This document shows positions 1 to 9,525 of a DNA stretch of 64,000 nucleotides, one piece after another. Numbering within the stretch: position 1 is the stretch's first letter; each line of letters starts with the position of its first letter. The translations under genes were made by a program, and so were the position numbers. Source of the DNA: a virus (lineage: Duplodnaviria; Caudoviricetes); IMG/VR virus record IMGVR_UViG_3300031088_000782, positions 1-64,000 of that record; one strand, 5' to 3'. The notes under the pieces were generated by a model. The model did no database searches. It saw nothing but the letters and a program-made list of their open reading frames with translations, and was not told where the DNA came from.

Positions 1-21
1 TTGAGAAGGGATCAAGATAAA

Positions 22-976
22 ATGAGCAACTTGTACCATATAAACAAAGAGACAGGAAGAGTCAACATCTGCCGAGCCACAAAACAAAAATGCCCCTACG
101 GTGGAAAAACCGGACAAGAAAATCATTTCGCAACAAAAGAAGAAGCAAAACAGCATAACGAAAAAATTCTTTCAGAAATTTATTCAAACACAACATCGCT
201 GCGAAAAACCAAAAACTCTAAAAATCAATCAAACGCAAATTTAAACGACAGAAAATACAAAAGAAAAACTGTCCCCACGATGAATCAAGAACAAGCGTCT
301 AAGCTCACAACAGAGATGTATCAAGAATTCGAAAATTTAAAAAAAACAATTGACAAAAGACGAACAAAGAGCACTACACTTCTACTCAGGAAACGGAGCA
401 GAAAAAATTAACAACTTACTCAGAGAAACAGCAACAGAAGAAGAAATGAATAAAATCAGCAAAAAGACCGGATACGAAATAGCAAAAGAAATCACACCAG
501 TATTAGACAACTTAATGAAAGAACACGGAAACGGAGAAAACAAAGAACCCAAAAAACTTTACCGATACATAGAACTACCAGAAAAAACAAAAATTGACCA
601 ATACATTCAAGAAAATTTTGAAAACACTGACGAATATACTGACAAAGCATTCATCAGCACAACAGAAGATCCGGAACACATAGCAGGATTTATTCACGCT
701 TATGGAAAAAAGAAAAAATACGTGCTACTCGAAATAGAAACCAACAAAGGAATCAGCCTGCAAGAAAAACCAGAAGAGATGGCTGGATGGCTAGCAAGCT
801 TCGAAAAGGAAAGACTGCTACCAAGAGACATGAAATTTTCTATCGAATCCATCAATGAAACAGCTATCAAGCCTAACCCAACAAGAGAAACCCTTACTCG
901 CCAATTCACTACCTTTGCAGACCCCAAAATAGAACCAGCACAATTGAGAATGATAACACTAAAAGAAAAAGAATAA
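22..976 (+). pseudogene. ADP-ribosyltransferase (VIP2/C2-like R-S-E clade) with N-terminal H-C-C-H domain, split by a frameshift at the A8 run 339-346
   Basis: RBS GAAGGGA precedes ATG 22. Frame 1 (to 411) and frame 2 (341-976) join as ...EFENLKKQLTKDEQRALHFYSG... if one A is removed from 339-346. ART motifs: KLYR, FISTT, FEKERLLPR (ExE). Confidence 0.75.
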
Positions 977-983
977 TCCTTAG

Positions 984-1012
984 TTGACAAAAATAGTTTA
1001 CTATGGTATACT
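984..1012 (+). promoter_or_regulatory. Consensus housekeeping sigma70/SigA promoter for the restriction endonuclease
   Basis: TTGACA 984-989, 17-nt spacer, TATACT 1007-1012 with extended -10 TG. Confidence 0.8.
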
Positions 1013-1067
1013 TATTTTAAATTGTCGTACTTAACACTCGAATGCGAAGAAAAGGATACAAGTAAAA

Positions 1068-1808
1068 ATGAGTAGCAATATCAATATTTTAAAAGAATCC
1101 ATCAATGATGTTCATATGGAAAATCTCATTTCCGCTATAAAAGAAGGAAAATCGAAATATTTTTCGCATGGAGCAAGAAGCCCCAAAAAGATCGAACCCA
1201 TCCACAAGGCAATAGCTGAAATATTTGATGCAGAAAAGACTTTGACCGTTAAATCAAAAGGAATCGGAGACGATAAAGAGGAAAAAGTTGCCGGAGTCTT
1301 TTATGATAAAGATTGCGACATAACCATAAAGAATACGGAGAACAATAAAACCTCAGTCGTGGAAGTAAAATTTATCACTACAAACTATAAGCAGAACGCT
1401 AATAATTACTTTGAAAATCTTCTGGGAGCAACTGACAATTTACGAAGAAATAACATCAATGTGTCACAAGTTGTCATCCTCCCTAAAACTATTCCTTACC
1501 TAAAACGAGAAGGAATAGTTTCAAAACTAGAGATCATCAACGACAGAGATATTAGCAAATACCGAAAATTGATGGCAAACACAGAATACACATCCTCACC
1601 AAACAACCTTCTTTTCTTACTCATTGACATGTGGGCAGAAGTAAAAATTGGAGATATGCTCAAAAATGCTGTCATCCACAAAGAAAGTAATGTCAATATG
1701 ATAGATGTTATGAATTCAAACTTTAGCGAAGAAAATATTGAATTCATAAAAAATCACAGCAATTACAATGAATTTATTCAAAAAGTAAAAAATGATGTTA
1801 TGGCTTAA
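1068..1808 (+). CDS. Putative type II restriction endonuclease (PD-(D/E)xK)
   Basis: DCDITI...VVEVKF nuclease motif; convergent with and overlapping a DNA methyltransferase. Confidence 0.7.
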   Translation: MSSNINILKESINDVHMENLISAIKEGKSKYFSHGARSPKKIEPIHKAIAEIFDAEKTLTVKSKGIGDDKEEKVAGVFYDKDCDITIKNTENNKTSVVEVKFITTNYKQNANNYFENLLGATDNLRRNNINVSQVVILPKTIPYLKREGIVSKLEIINDRDISKYRKLMANTEYTSSPNNLLFLLIDMWAEVKIGDMLKNAVIHKESNVNMIDVMNSNFSEENIEFIKNHSNYNEFIQKVKNDVMA

Positions 1809-3270
1809 ATTTTTTAATCATACTTGATGATACTGTTTTATAATCTCCACTCAAATCTTTACCAACAATACGGCAATACTTTAAAAAATCTTCACTTTCG
1901 ATAATCTTCTGCAATTCTTCCAAAGAAAGATTATCGGAAAAAAGATTTCTTTCGTTAGCTGTAACAAACAACCCACTATAAATAAGAACATTAGAAGGAA
2001 CAACATATGTTTTAATAGTTTTTTGAGAAGGACTTATAACAGGACTAAACACTATTTTTTCCTTAGAAGTCTCCTGTATAGACTGACTCCTTCCATACCA
2101 AAACCAACTACTGCCTTTATCAAGAGACCTTTCCAACAATTTTTCCTTATTGTTTAGCAAATATTCATAAACAATCGGAGAATTAGCCAGCTCATCTTCA
2201 CTTATACCCCTGAAAGAATCACCAATCTTTTTATAAGGAAAAACAATTTTTTTAGTTATTGCTTCACCCTTATACTTAGACCCTTTAATAATAGGATAAA
2301 CATAATCGTTTTCTCCCAAATCCTCATTATCTATTAAAAAAAACTTATCTCCAAGAGTAGCAATCCCATTTTGAACTTTGCATAACTCAGAAAGACTCTC
2401 TCCGTCTTCTTTAAACAAAAAATTATTCAACAATAATTGATCCTCTTCAGAAGGAAAAGCAAAACTATCATTTTTTGATAAATCTATTTCTGAATAATTG
2501 ATTTTTCTTACATAGTTTTCTTCTAAATCCTTTTTAGCATCAACATACTCCAAAAAATTCGCATTTTCTTTTGACAAATAAGAGATACATGTATATGTTC
2601 CAACCTTATCAAAAACTTTATCAGCGTTGAAATTGACAATTTTATTCAACTGTCCATGATCAATAACATTCTTTCGAAAAGATTTTTGTGAAACATTTCT
2701 TAACCAAGAATTAGGAGTAATATAAGCAAGTCTGCCGTTTTTACTTAACATAGACAAGCCGATTTCAAAAAATATAATATACAAATCCGTACTCCCCTTC
2801 GAATGCGAATATGTCTTTACCTTCTTTCGCATATCAGCAGGCATATCATGAATTCTTATATAAGGAGGATTACCCACGACAAAATCAAACTTATCGAAAA
2901 TTTCAAAATCCAAAGTATCCATATTATAAAAATTCTTCAACTCAGGAGACAAAGAATACTCATCTGCCAGCCAACCCTTCAAACTTTCAACAGTGAAATC
3001 ATAGACATCTTTGTCATACTCAATAGAATAAACATTATCATCAATAATATTTTCGATTTCATTGTTAGATAAATTATTGATCAAAGAACATTCAATCAAC
3101 CTTTTTATTACTTCAAAAAGAAAAACCCCAGTTCCAGAAGAAGGCTCCATAATGCTTTGATGTAGAATAGAGTCATTATCTGAAGTATACCCAATTTCGT
3201 CAAGCATATTTTCAACAATATAATCAGGAGTCCAAACTTGCCCTAATTCTTCTTTACAAACAATTGTCAT
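1798..3270 (-). CDS. N6-adenine DNA methyltransferase (Eco57I/TaqI-like, gamma class)
   Basis: GQVWTP, motif I MEPSSGTGVF, motif IV VGNPPY, TDLYIIFFE, YITPNSW. Start moved to ATG 3270 after an AAAAGG RBS. Confidence 0.9.
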   Translation of the reverse strand: MTIVCKEELGQVWTPDYIVENMLDEIGYTSDNDSILHQSIMEPSSGTGVFLFEVIKRLIECSLINNLSNNEIENIIDDNVYSIEYDKDVYDFTVESLKGWLADEYSLSPELKNFYNMDTLDFEIFDKFDFVVGNPPYIRIHDMPADMRKKVKTYSHSKGSTDLYIIFFEIGLSMLSKNGRLAYITPNSWLRNVSQKSFRKNVIDHGQLNKIVNFNADKVFDKVGTYTCISYLSKENANFLEYVDAKKDLEENYVRKINYSEIDLSKNDSFAFPSEEDQLLLNNFLFKEDGESLSELCKVQNGIATLGDKFFLIDNEDLGENDYVYPIIKGSKYKGEAITKKIVFPYKKIGDSFRGISEDELANSPIVYEYLLNNKEKLLERSLDKGSSWFWYGRSQSIQETSKEKIVFSPVISPSQKTIKTYVVPSNVLIYSGLFVTANERNLFSDNLSLEELQKIIESEDFLKYCRIVGKDLSGDYKTVSSSMIKKFKP

Positions 3271-3325
3271 TATGAAACCTTTTCTTTTTCGCAATTCTCT
3301 ACTGTTTAATTATATCAAATAACAC

Positions 3326-5170
3326 TCAACTCTTCGCTCTCACAAAACGAATCTTTCCAGAATCCCACACCCGATCAAACCCATTTAACTCAGCAAGCTC
3401 CCTTTCAGACAAACCCTCTTCAAAAACCAGAAAAGGATCATTCTTAAACTTTGACAAACGAAAACCGAATTTATGGAAACGCTTATTCCCAATCACATAA
3501 GAATAATCAGGCGGAACAATCCCATCAATATTCCAACCAGTCTTTTCATACAAACCACCATCGCTAAAAGACAAATCAGCAAAAGTTACGAGACGTTCAA
3601 ACTCATAATTATTTTCAAAGAATTTGACAATTTTGCTGTGACCACCAACAACATGAACACAAGTAGCATAACGAGTCAAAGTATAATCACTTTTATTTTT
3701 AACGAAAGCAGCAACAGCAATAAGTTTCTTGCTCAATTTGTCAAATAAACCAAGATAAACAGAAGACCCAACAAACCCCTGAATATGGTAAGAATCCAAA
3801 AAACTTGAAGCTTCAAATTTTTCAATAACCTTCACAAAAGTATTGCGAGCAAAAACACGTTCAGAAGAAACACCTAAAACATGCTTAATATGAGATTTAA
3901 CAATATCTTGTTTATTGTCCCACTCATCCTCCCAAATCTGAAGTAAACGAACATTCTTATTCTTAGCCAATTGGAATTTATCTTTATGAAAATTTCGCCC
4001 CTTGAACTTCTCACTATGCCAATACAATCCATTGAACTCAATTCCAACATTCAAATCAGGAATGAAAACATCAATCTCTTTCCCATTAAGAATCTCACGA
4101 TCATTCTCAATAACTTCAAAACCCAAAGATTTAACAAAATTAGCCAAATCTTTTTCTTTTTTGGAAACGTTTCTGGTTCGACATTTTTTGCAACCCTCCA
4201 ATCCTTGAAGTATTCTAAAAATAGAGTAAGTAAAATATTCAAAATGTTTATTGCATTTTAAAACAGTATCACCTTGAAGACTATTTTTTAGCACAGTTTT
4301 GTCGAATCCATATCTGTTTTCACCATGAACACCTTTAACTCTTTCAATGAATTCCTCTAATGTTGTTGATCTATTTTCTTTATCACAAAGATTACAACCT
4401 GTCTTTCCCATCAATAGGCCATCAAGTGTTTGAGTGAAAAATCCATGTTCAGTAACAGAACATCCAATAGTTTGCTTTTCTCGAATCCCTTTATTCCAAT
4501 CTACTTGTGAAAAATCGAATTTTTTACTATGCACTTTAAAAGATTTTTCAATAATAACTTCTTTCGACATTTTCAAAGTTTTAGAACACTTATAGCATCC
4601 AATCATTTTATTCAAATTGGACCAAGCTTCTTGAATATATTCCACATTGTGAATATTACAAATCAAAACCACCTTAGTGTGAATTCCTTTAATCTCAGAA
4701 ACTTTTGAATAATCAAACCTATCCTCTCCGAAGATATTTTTTGATCTTTTTATAAATTCATCACGATCAATAGGTTTTTGACCATTACAATCAGTGCATC
4801 CATTAAATCCCTTCATAAAAGCCTGGGGGTTTTGAAAAAAGAAAACATCATGTTCAACACATTTAATCTTTACTTTTTCATTCATCTTAGTATAAACGGT
4901 TTCTGAAAAATCAAATTTGTCCTCACCATGAATTTTAATTGATCGTCTGATGAAATCCTCATTTGTCAACCTTTTCCCCCCGCAATCAGGGCATCCATTT
5001 TGAGATTGAAGTATTTTTCCGGGACGCATCGTAAACTCTAAATCATGCTTTTTACATACAACAGTAACAGGAGTGGTCGAATTTTTATAAATAGATTTAC
5101 TGAAATCAAGATCTGGAGACAAAGATTCTGCTCTTTCAACAAACTCTTTTTGAGTCAATTTTTTAGGCAT
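3326..5170 (-). CDS. Homing-endonuclease-like protein: 5 DUF723-like Zn repeats + PD-(D/E)xK/Vsr-like nuclease + C-terminal GNAT-like domain
   Basis: Five ~65-aa repeats (F..R...IHG..FDFS...C..H.....GC..C); EIDVFIPDLNVGIEFNGLYWH; C-terminal YHIQG..VYLGLF..LTRYA..GGHSK. RBS AGGGG before ATG 5170. Confidence 0.75.
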   Translation of the reverse strand: MPKKLTQKEFVERAESLSPDLDFSKSIYKNSTTPVTVVCKKHDLEFTMRPGKILQSQNGCPDCGGKRLTNEDFIRRSIKIHGEDKFDFSETVYTKMNEKVKIKCVEHDVFFFQNPQAFMKGFNGCTDCNGQKPIDRDEFIKRSKNIFGEDRFDYSKVSEIKGIHTKVVLICNIHNVEYIQEAWSNLNKMIGCYKCSKTLKMSKEVIIEKSFKVHSKKFDFSQVDWNKGIREKQTIGCSVTEHGFFTQTLDGLLMGKTGCNLCDKENRSTTLEEFIERVKGVHGENRYGFDKTVLKNSLQGDTVLKCNKHFEYFTYSIFRILQGLEGCKKCRTRNVSKKEKDLANFVKSLGFEVIENDREILNGKEIDVFIPDLNVGIEFNGLYWHSEKFKGRNFHKDKFQLAKNKNVRLLQIWEDEWDNKQDIVKSHIKHVLGVSSERVFARNTFVKVIEKFEASSFLDSYHIQGFVGSSVYLGLFDKLSKKLIAVAAFVKNKSDYTLTRYATCVHVVGGHSKIVKFFENNYEFERLVTFADLSFSDGGLYEKTGWNIDGIVPPDYSYVIGNKRFHKFGFRLSKFKNDPFLVFEEGLSERELAELNGFDRVWDSGKIRFVRAKS

Positions 5171-5254
5171 AATATCCCCTTTTCTTTTAATCTCTATATA
5201 AAATATCTTACCAAAAGTTGCGGAAAAATTTAAAAAATACGAATAAAAGCACAC

Positions 5255-5298
5255 AAAAATACCGTAGATCTTAGATTACTAAAACCTACGGTATTTTT
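5255..5298. terminator. Bidirectional intrinsic terminator downstream of nrdF
   Basis: AAAAATACCGTAG / CTACGGTATTTTT inverted repeat. Confidence 0.7.
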
Positions 5299-5328
5299 AT
5301 CAAAAACTACGAAATTCGTTTTTAATTG

Positions 5329-6333
5329 TCAGAAATCCCAGTCATCATCGTCCATATCCTCCGCTTTACCTACGATATACTGACTACTGGATTGGCTGAA
5401 AAAGTCGTGATTCTCATTAGATGGGTCAAGAGATGCCAAAATCTGCGGAGCAATAGTGGTTTCCTCTTTACCAAAGATTCCTTCAAACCCAAGATTGTTC
5501 AAAGCTTTGTTTGCATTGTATTTAAGGAATTTCTTAACTTCTTCAGTCAATCCCAAATCATCATAAATAGATTCGGTGTAGTGCTCTTCATTTGCGAAAA
5601 GATGATTCAAAAGTTCGATTGTGAAATCATACAATTCTTTTTGGCGTTCAGGTGTTGATTCATTGTAAGCTTTTTGGAATTTATAACCAATGTAATAACC
5701 ATGAATTGACTCGTCACGGACTATTAAGGAAATTATTGATGCTGTATTTGTCAATTTTCCTTTACTTGACCACCAAAGCGGCATGAAGAATCCTGAGTAG
5801 AACAAGAATGATTCAAGAAGGGTTGAAGCAATCTTTCGTTTCTCTGGGTCATCTCCACGGTAATAGTGTAAAACGATAGCTGCTTTCTTTTTCAGAAATT
5901 CGTCTTCTCTTGACCAACGAAACACTTCTTCAATTTCTTTACTTGATAAAAGAGTTGAGAAAATACTTGAATAAGATTTTGCGTGAACAGATTCCATAAA
6001 AGCAATGTTAGTATAGATTGCCTCTTCATGGGGGGTTCTGGCATCGGGAATGAGCGAAATAGCACCAACGCGACTTTGTATGGAATCCAAGAGAGTTAAA
6101 CCAGCAAAAATTTTTGCTGTTGAGTCTTTTTCTTGTTCAGTAAAGGTGTTCCATGAAGAGAGGTCATTACTGATCGGCACCTTAGTGTCAATCCAAAAGT
6201 TCTGCACCAAGCGTTGCCAAATTTCCAAATCTTTTTCATCTTCAATTTTGTTCCAGTTAATTGCTTCTTCAAGTTTAACATCGTCAATATTGAAATCGTC
6301 AAGTGTTGTGGGAGTTTCATTGTTGTCTGTCAT
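5329..6333 (-). CDS. nrdF: Class Ib ribonucleotide reductase beta subunit
   Basis: AINWN, LTLLD, MESVHAKSYS, LLESFLFYSGF, RDESIHG and C-terminal DDDDWDF; all metal ligands and the radical Tyr are present. Confidence 0.97.
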   Translation of the reverse strand: MTDNNETPTTLDDFNIDDVKLEEAINWNKIEDEKDLEIWQRLVQNFWIDTKVPISNDLSSWNTFTEQEKDSTAKIFAGLTLLDSIQSRVGAISLIPDARTPHEEAIYTNIAFMESVHAKSYSSIFSTLLSSKEIEEVFRWSREDEFLKKKAAIVLHYYRGDDPEKRKIASTLLESFLFYSGFFMPLWWSSKGKLTNTASIISLIVRDESIHGYYIGYKFQKAYNESTPERQKELYDFTIELLNHLFANEEHYTESIYDDLGLTEEVKKFLKYNANKALNNLGFEGIFGKEETTIAPQILASLDPSNENHDFFSQSSSQYIVGKAEDMDDDDWDF

Positions 6334-6447
6334 CAGTTCTCTTTCCTTTTTCTATTTTTCATTACTTGTTTAATATCTTAACAAATTTTGTTTTGCCGCA
6401 ATATCATTATTCGATTATTTTATCAAACTTAGCAAAATATTCTATTC

Positions 6448-8106
6448 TCAATCGTCATCATCTAAATCGAATGCGCTTCTTTCTATGCCAAGGTCTTCAC
6501 CAGAATTTATTTCATTTTTATCCGATGTTTTTGGGGTGTTGACTGTTTTGGATTTTGACGAATTTTGACTTTCTTCAATAATGTTTATAAATTCTTCTGG
6601 AAGGTCTACTTCTGGTAAGGAGAGTGAAGTATCATTTTCTTCTAAAATTATTTCATCAAGATCAAAAGCACTTTCTTCTACATCAAGGTCTTCATCATCT
6701 TCTTTTATCAATTGTTCAAGGTCTTTGCCTTTGATTTCGTCTTCATCAGGGAGGGATAGAGCTTCTTCATCTTCATTGTTTTTGTGAGAAAGAATCTGCT
6801 CTCTTTGTTTGGCTATTTCGGCCATGCTCAATTTTTTGGGTTCTTTCTTCTCATCAAGTTTTTTTGCAACATTTGCCGAAGCTACTCCGCTGGATATAGC
6901 ATTTGAACTGCTTTCAACAGCGTTTTCATTAATGTCTGGGAGAGGCTGTTCAGTTTCTTCGCTTTTATGAAGAAATTTCTTGTAGGTGATAATACCTTTT
7001 GCTGATTTATTGCCGAATTCCCATCCTTGTTTTTTCAGAAAATTTTCGATGCTGTTCTGTGTTCCATTGTTATTTCTGAATTTGACGCAAATTTCTTTCT
7101 TTTTCATCATTTCAGCAATTCTTCTGTAATCTTCGAGAATATATTTCAGAATTTTATGTCCATCTGTTTCTTGTCGATGGACTTTGATGTCATGTAATTC
7201 ATCAAAGTCTTTGTCAATTGTGTAGAAGGCTATCACCTTTCCGTTTTTGAGCACGACTCTGTAATTGGTGATTCCTTTTGCTTCGTTGCTTTTCATAAAC
7301 ATTTCGAAATCTTTTTCAGTAAGGTTGGATTGTTCGTTTGTTCGTGAAGTTGTGGTGTAGATTTCTTTTATTTTTTCGTAGTCTGAGGGGTGAAAATTTG
7401 AAAATTTTATCGAACTATTGATGATATAATCTTTTGGTAATAGTACAAATACTTGGAAAAGAGACAATATTGCAAACAGTGTGTTACAGAACAAATTGAT
7501 TGCTATTCCCATGAAAGACACAACAAGAGCTAAACCTATCAAGAGTATGATTACTGTGAAAGCTGAGTCAATTATTGTTCCTTCTTTCATAGTTGCGATT
7601 GGAAAAGATTGAACAATTGATTCTTTAATTTGGATTAATATTTCATAAATCCTTCCAGTGACAAACAGCTCTTTTACGATAACGAAAACAAAGGTTGATT
7701 GAATAGCAGCATGAGATAAGATAACTATGAAATTCATCAATGGTTTCTGCATTTGCTTTCCATAATTTGCACAGTATTCCATAATTTTATTATAAATAAA
7801 TTTAAGAATTATGGGAGTGGTGAAAAACATGAGGATGAATGTTATTGTCTCATATGCTGTTGGTTGAAAGAATGATTGGATGATCTCTGCTTCAGGGGAA
7901 CTTTTTCGTAAATAGGCAATGAGAAAGAAAAGCAGTGAGGCGGCTGTTGTAAGAATTAATGAGACTATCCAGAAGAAGGACTCTTTTCTTGTGTATTTAA
8001 TGAGTTTTCTGTTAGGGGAGTAGTCTTTTTGGGGTCTGCCTATTTTCCCTCTGTTGTCTTCTGTGACAAATAATTTCTTTTTTATATCTTGTATTTTGGT
8101 TTCCAT
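6448..8106 (-). CDS. Membrane protein with possible GNAT-like cytoplasmic domain and acidic tail
   Basis: About 4 hydrophobic segments; RVVLKNGKVIAFYTI...ENFLKKQGWEF pattern; D/E-rich C-terminus. Confidence 0.5.
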   Translation of the reverse strand: METKIQDIKKKLFVTEDNRGKIGRPQKDYSPNRKLIKYTRKESFFWIVSLILTTAASLLFFLIAYLRKSSPEAEIIQSFFQPTAYETITFILMFFTTPIILKFIYNKIMEYCANYGKQMQKPLMNFIVILSHAAIQSTFVFVIVKELFVTGRIYEILIQIKESIVQSFPIATMKEGTIIDSAFTVIILLIGLALVVSFMGIAINLFCNTLFAILSLFQVFVLLPKDYIINSSIKFSNFHPSDYEKIKEIYTTTSRTNEQSNLTEKDFEMFMKSNEAKGITNYRVVLKNGKVIAFYTIDKDFDELHDIKVHRQETDGHKILKYILEDYRRIAEMMKKKEICVKFRNNNGTQNSIENFLKKQGWEFGNKSAKGIITYKKFLHKSEETEQPLPDINENAVESSSNAISSGVASANVAKKLDEKKEPKKLSMAEIAKQREQILSHKNNEDEEALSLPDEDEIKGKDLEQLIKEDDEDLDVEESAFDLDEIILEENDTSLSLPEVDLPEEFINIIEESQNSSKSKTVNTPKTSDKNEINSGEDLGIERSAFDLDDDD

Positions 8107-8141
8107 TGAGCATCCTTAAAAAGTTCTATTGTATATATCTT

Positions 8142-8573
8142 TTATGGGCGTTTTTTGATGCCTTTTTCTAATTTTATAGCGACTTTATACATATTGTCGT
8201 TAAATTCTTTTTCTGTGTCTGTTTTATTTATCATGTAGTTCATTTCGGCATTTTTTTCAGAATTTTCTCTGTCTGTCACTCTTATAACAGATTCGGGGTA
8301 TGATAGGTTATTTCTTATATCTTCAATCATTCCGGTTAGGGGTTTTGATTCGAAAATTGTTTGCGCTTCATGATCGGTTAGTTTGATGATCATTTCATGT
8401 TTATATTCATTAACAGGGTTGGAGAAAGTCCAGCTCAATGCTGCTTCATTATCTTTCATAGGAACCAGAAATTGTGTAATTTCTCCATCCCAGTGATTGA
8501 GGACAGCTATTTCTTTTTGGCTATTCTTTTCGAATTCATCTAACCATTCGGGTTTTATAAATTTTTCATGCAT
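8142..8573 (-). CDS. Hypothetical protein
   Basis: 143-aa ORF co-oriented with neighbours. Confidence 0.65.
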   Translation of the reverse strand: MHEKFIKPEWLDEFEKNSQKEIAVLNHWDGEITQFLVPMKDNEAALSWTFSNPVNEYKHEMIIKLTDHEAQTIFESKPLTGMIEDIRNNLSYPESVIRVTDRENSEKNAEMNYMINKTDTEKEFNDNMYKVAIKLEKGIKKRP

Positions 8574-8671
8574 TTTAAACTCTTTCTTTTTTTTATGTTT
8601 TTCATTTTAATCATTTTATCATTCTTTTTTGTTAATATTTCGGTAATGTATTTTTTAATGAAGGGTTTATT

Positions 8672-9415
8672 GTGCAACTTATTATTGCTGATTGTTCTGC
8701 TATTTATTCTGGTCGAGGAGATACGTCTTTACCTCGCGGAGTGAGATCGATTATGGTGAAATCCGATGGATCTGTTTCTATTCATAATGATGTTGGAAAC
8801 AAGCCTTTGAATTATATGAAAACGGCATCTTTTTCTGAAACTTTTAACAATATTGGCGAAAAAGTGTGGACATATGATTCACGAAAGGAGTCTCTGTCAA
8901 TCACTATTCATTCCTTGTTGATGATGACTGAAATGCCTTTGATAGCTGAGGATCCTGGTCTTGAACGTGATGGAACTGAAAATCATCTGCAAGAGTGGTT
9001 GTCTCTTCATCCTGAAACTCTTGGTGCGGGTTTTTCTCTCATTTCAAGAGAATTCCCAACTGGCAAAGGTCCAGTGGATCTTCTGATGAAAGATGCAGAA
9101 GGAAATCCTGTTGCTGTGGAGGTAAAACGAGTTGCTATGCTGGGAGCTGTTGATCAGTGCAGGCGTTATCTTGATGGGTTAAAAGATCCAGAAAGTCAGC
9201 CTAATATTGAAAAATTCATTGATGAACACTCTCTTAGAGATTCAGGAATTATTGATGAAAAGTTCAGTTTACTTTCAGTTAGAGGAATGGTGGCAGCTGT
9301 GGATGTCAGACCAAAAACTTTCGATTGGGCACTCAAACATAACATTGAAACTGTAATCGTTCCTCATGACTGGAATGATCACAGCAAAAATGAAACCAAC
9401 TCTTCACCCGAATAG
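8672..9415 (+). CDS. nucS: Mismatch-specific endonuclease NucS/EndoMS
   Basis: IADCSAIYSGR, KSDGSVSIH, KPLNYM, REFPTGKGPVDLL, AVEVKR, VDQCRRY. Confidence 0.92.
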   Translation: MQLIIADCSAIYSGRGDTSLPRGVRSIMVKSDGSVSIHNDVGNKPLNYMKTASFSETFNNIGEKVWTYDSRKESLSITIHSLLMMTEMPLIAEDPGLERDGTENHLQEWLSLHPETLGAGFSLISREFPTGKGPVDLLMKDAEGNPVAVEVKRVAMLGAVDQCRRYLDGLKDPESQPNIEKFIDEHSLRDSGIIDEKFSLLSVRGMVAAVDVRPKTFDWALKHNIETVIVPHDWNDHSKNETNSSPE

Positions 9416-9525
9416 AATTTATTTGACATTAATGATTTTATTTTGAAAATTTTCTTATTATAGTTGCATAGATGATTCTTTTGTGTTATTATGTCATTAA
9501 TAATAACTTTATGAAAGGATTTATC

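Noticed and set aside
350-976. TTG 350 as a genuine independent start
   Set aside because: There is no RBS, and removing one A at 339-346 gives a seamless fusion with the upstream ORF, so a single frameshifted gene is more parsimonious.
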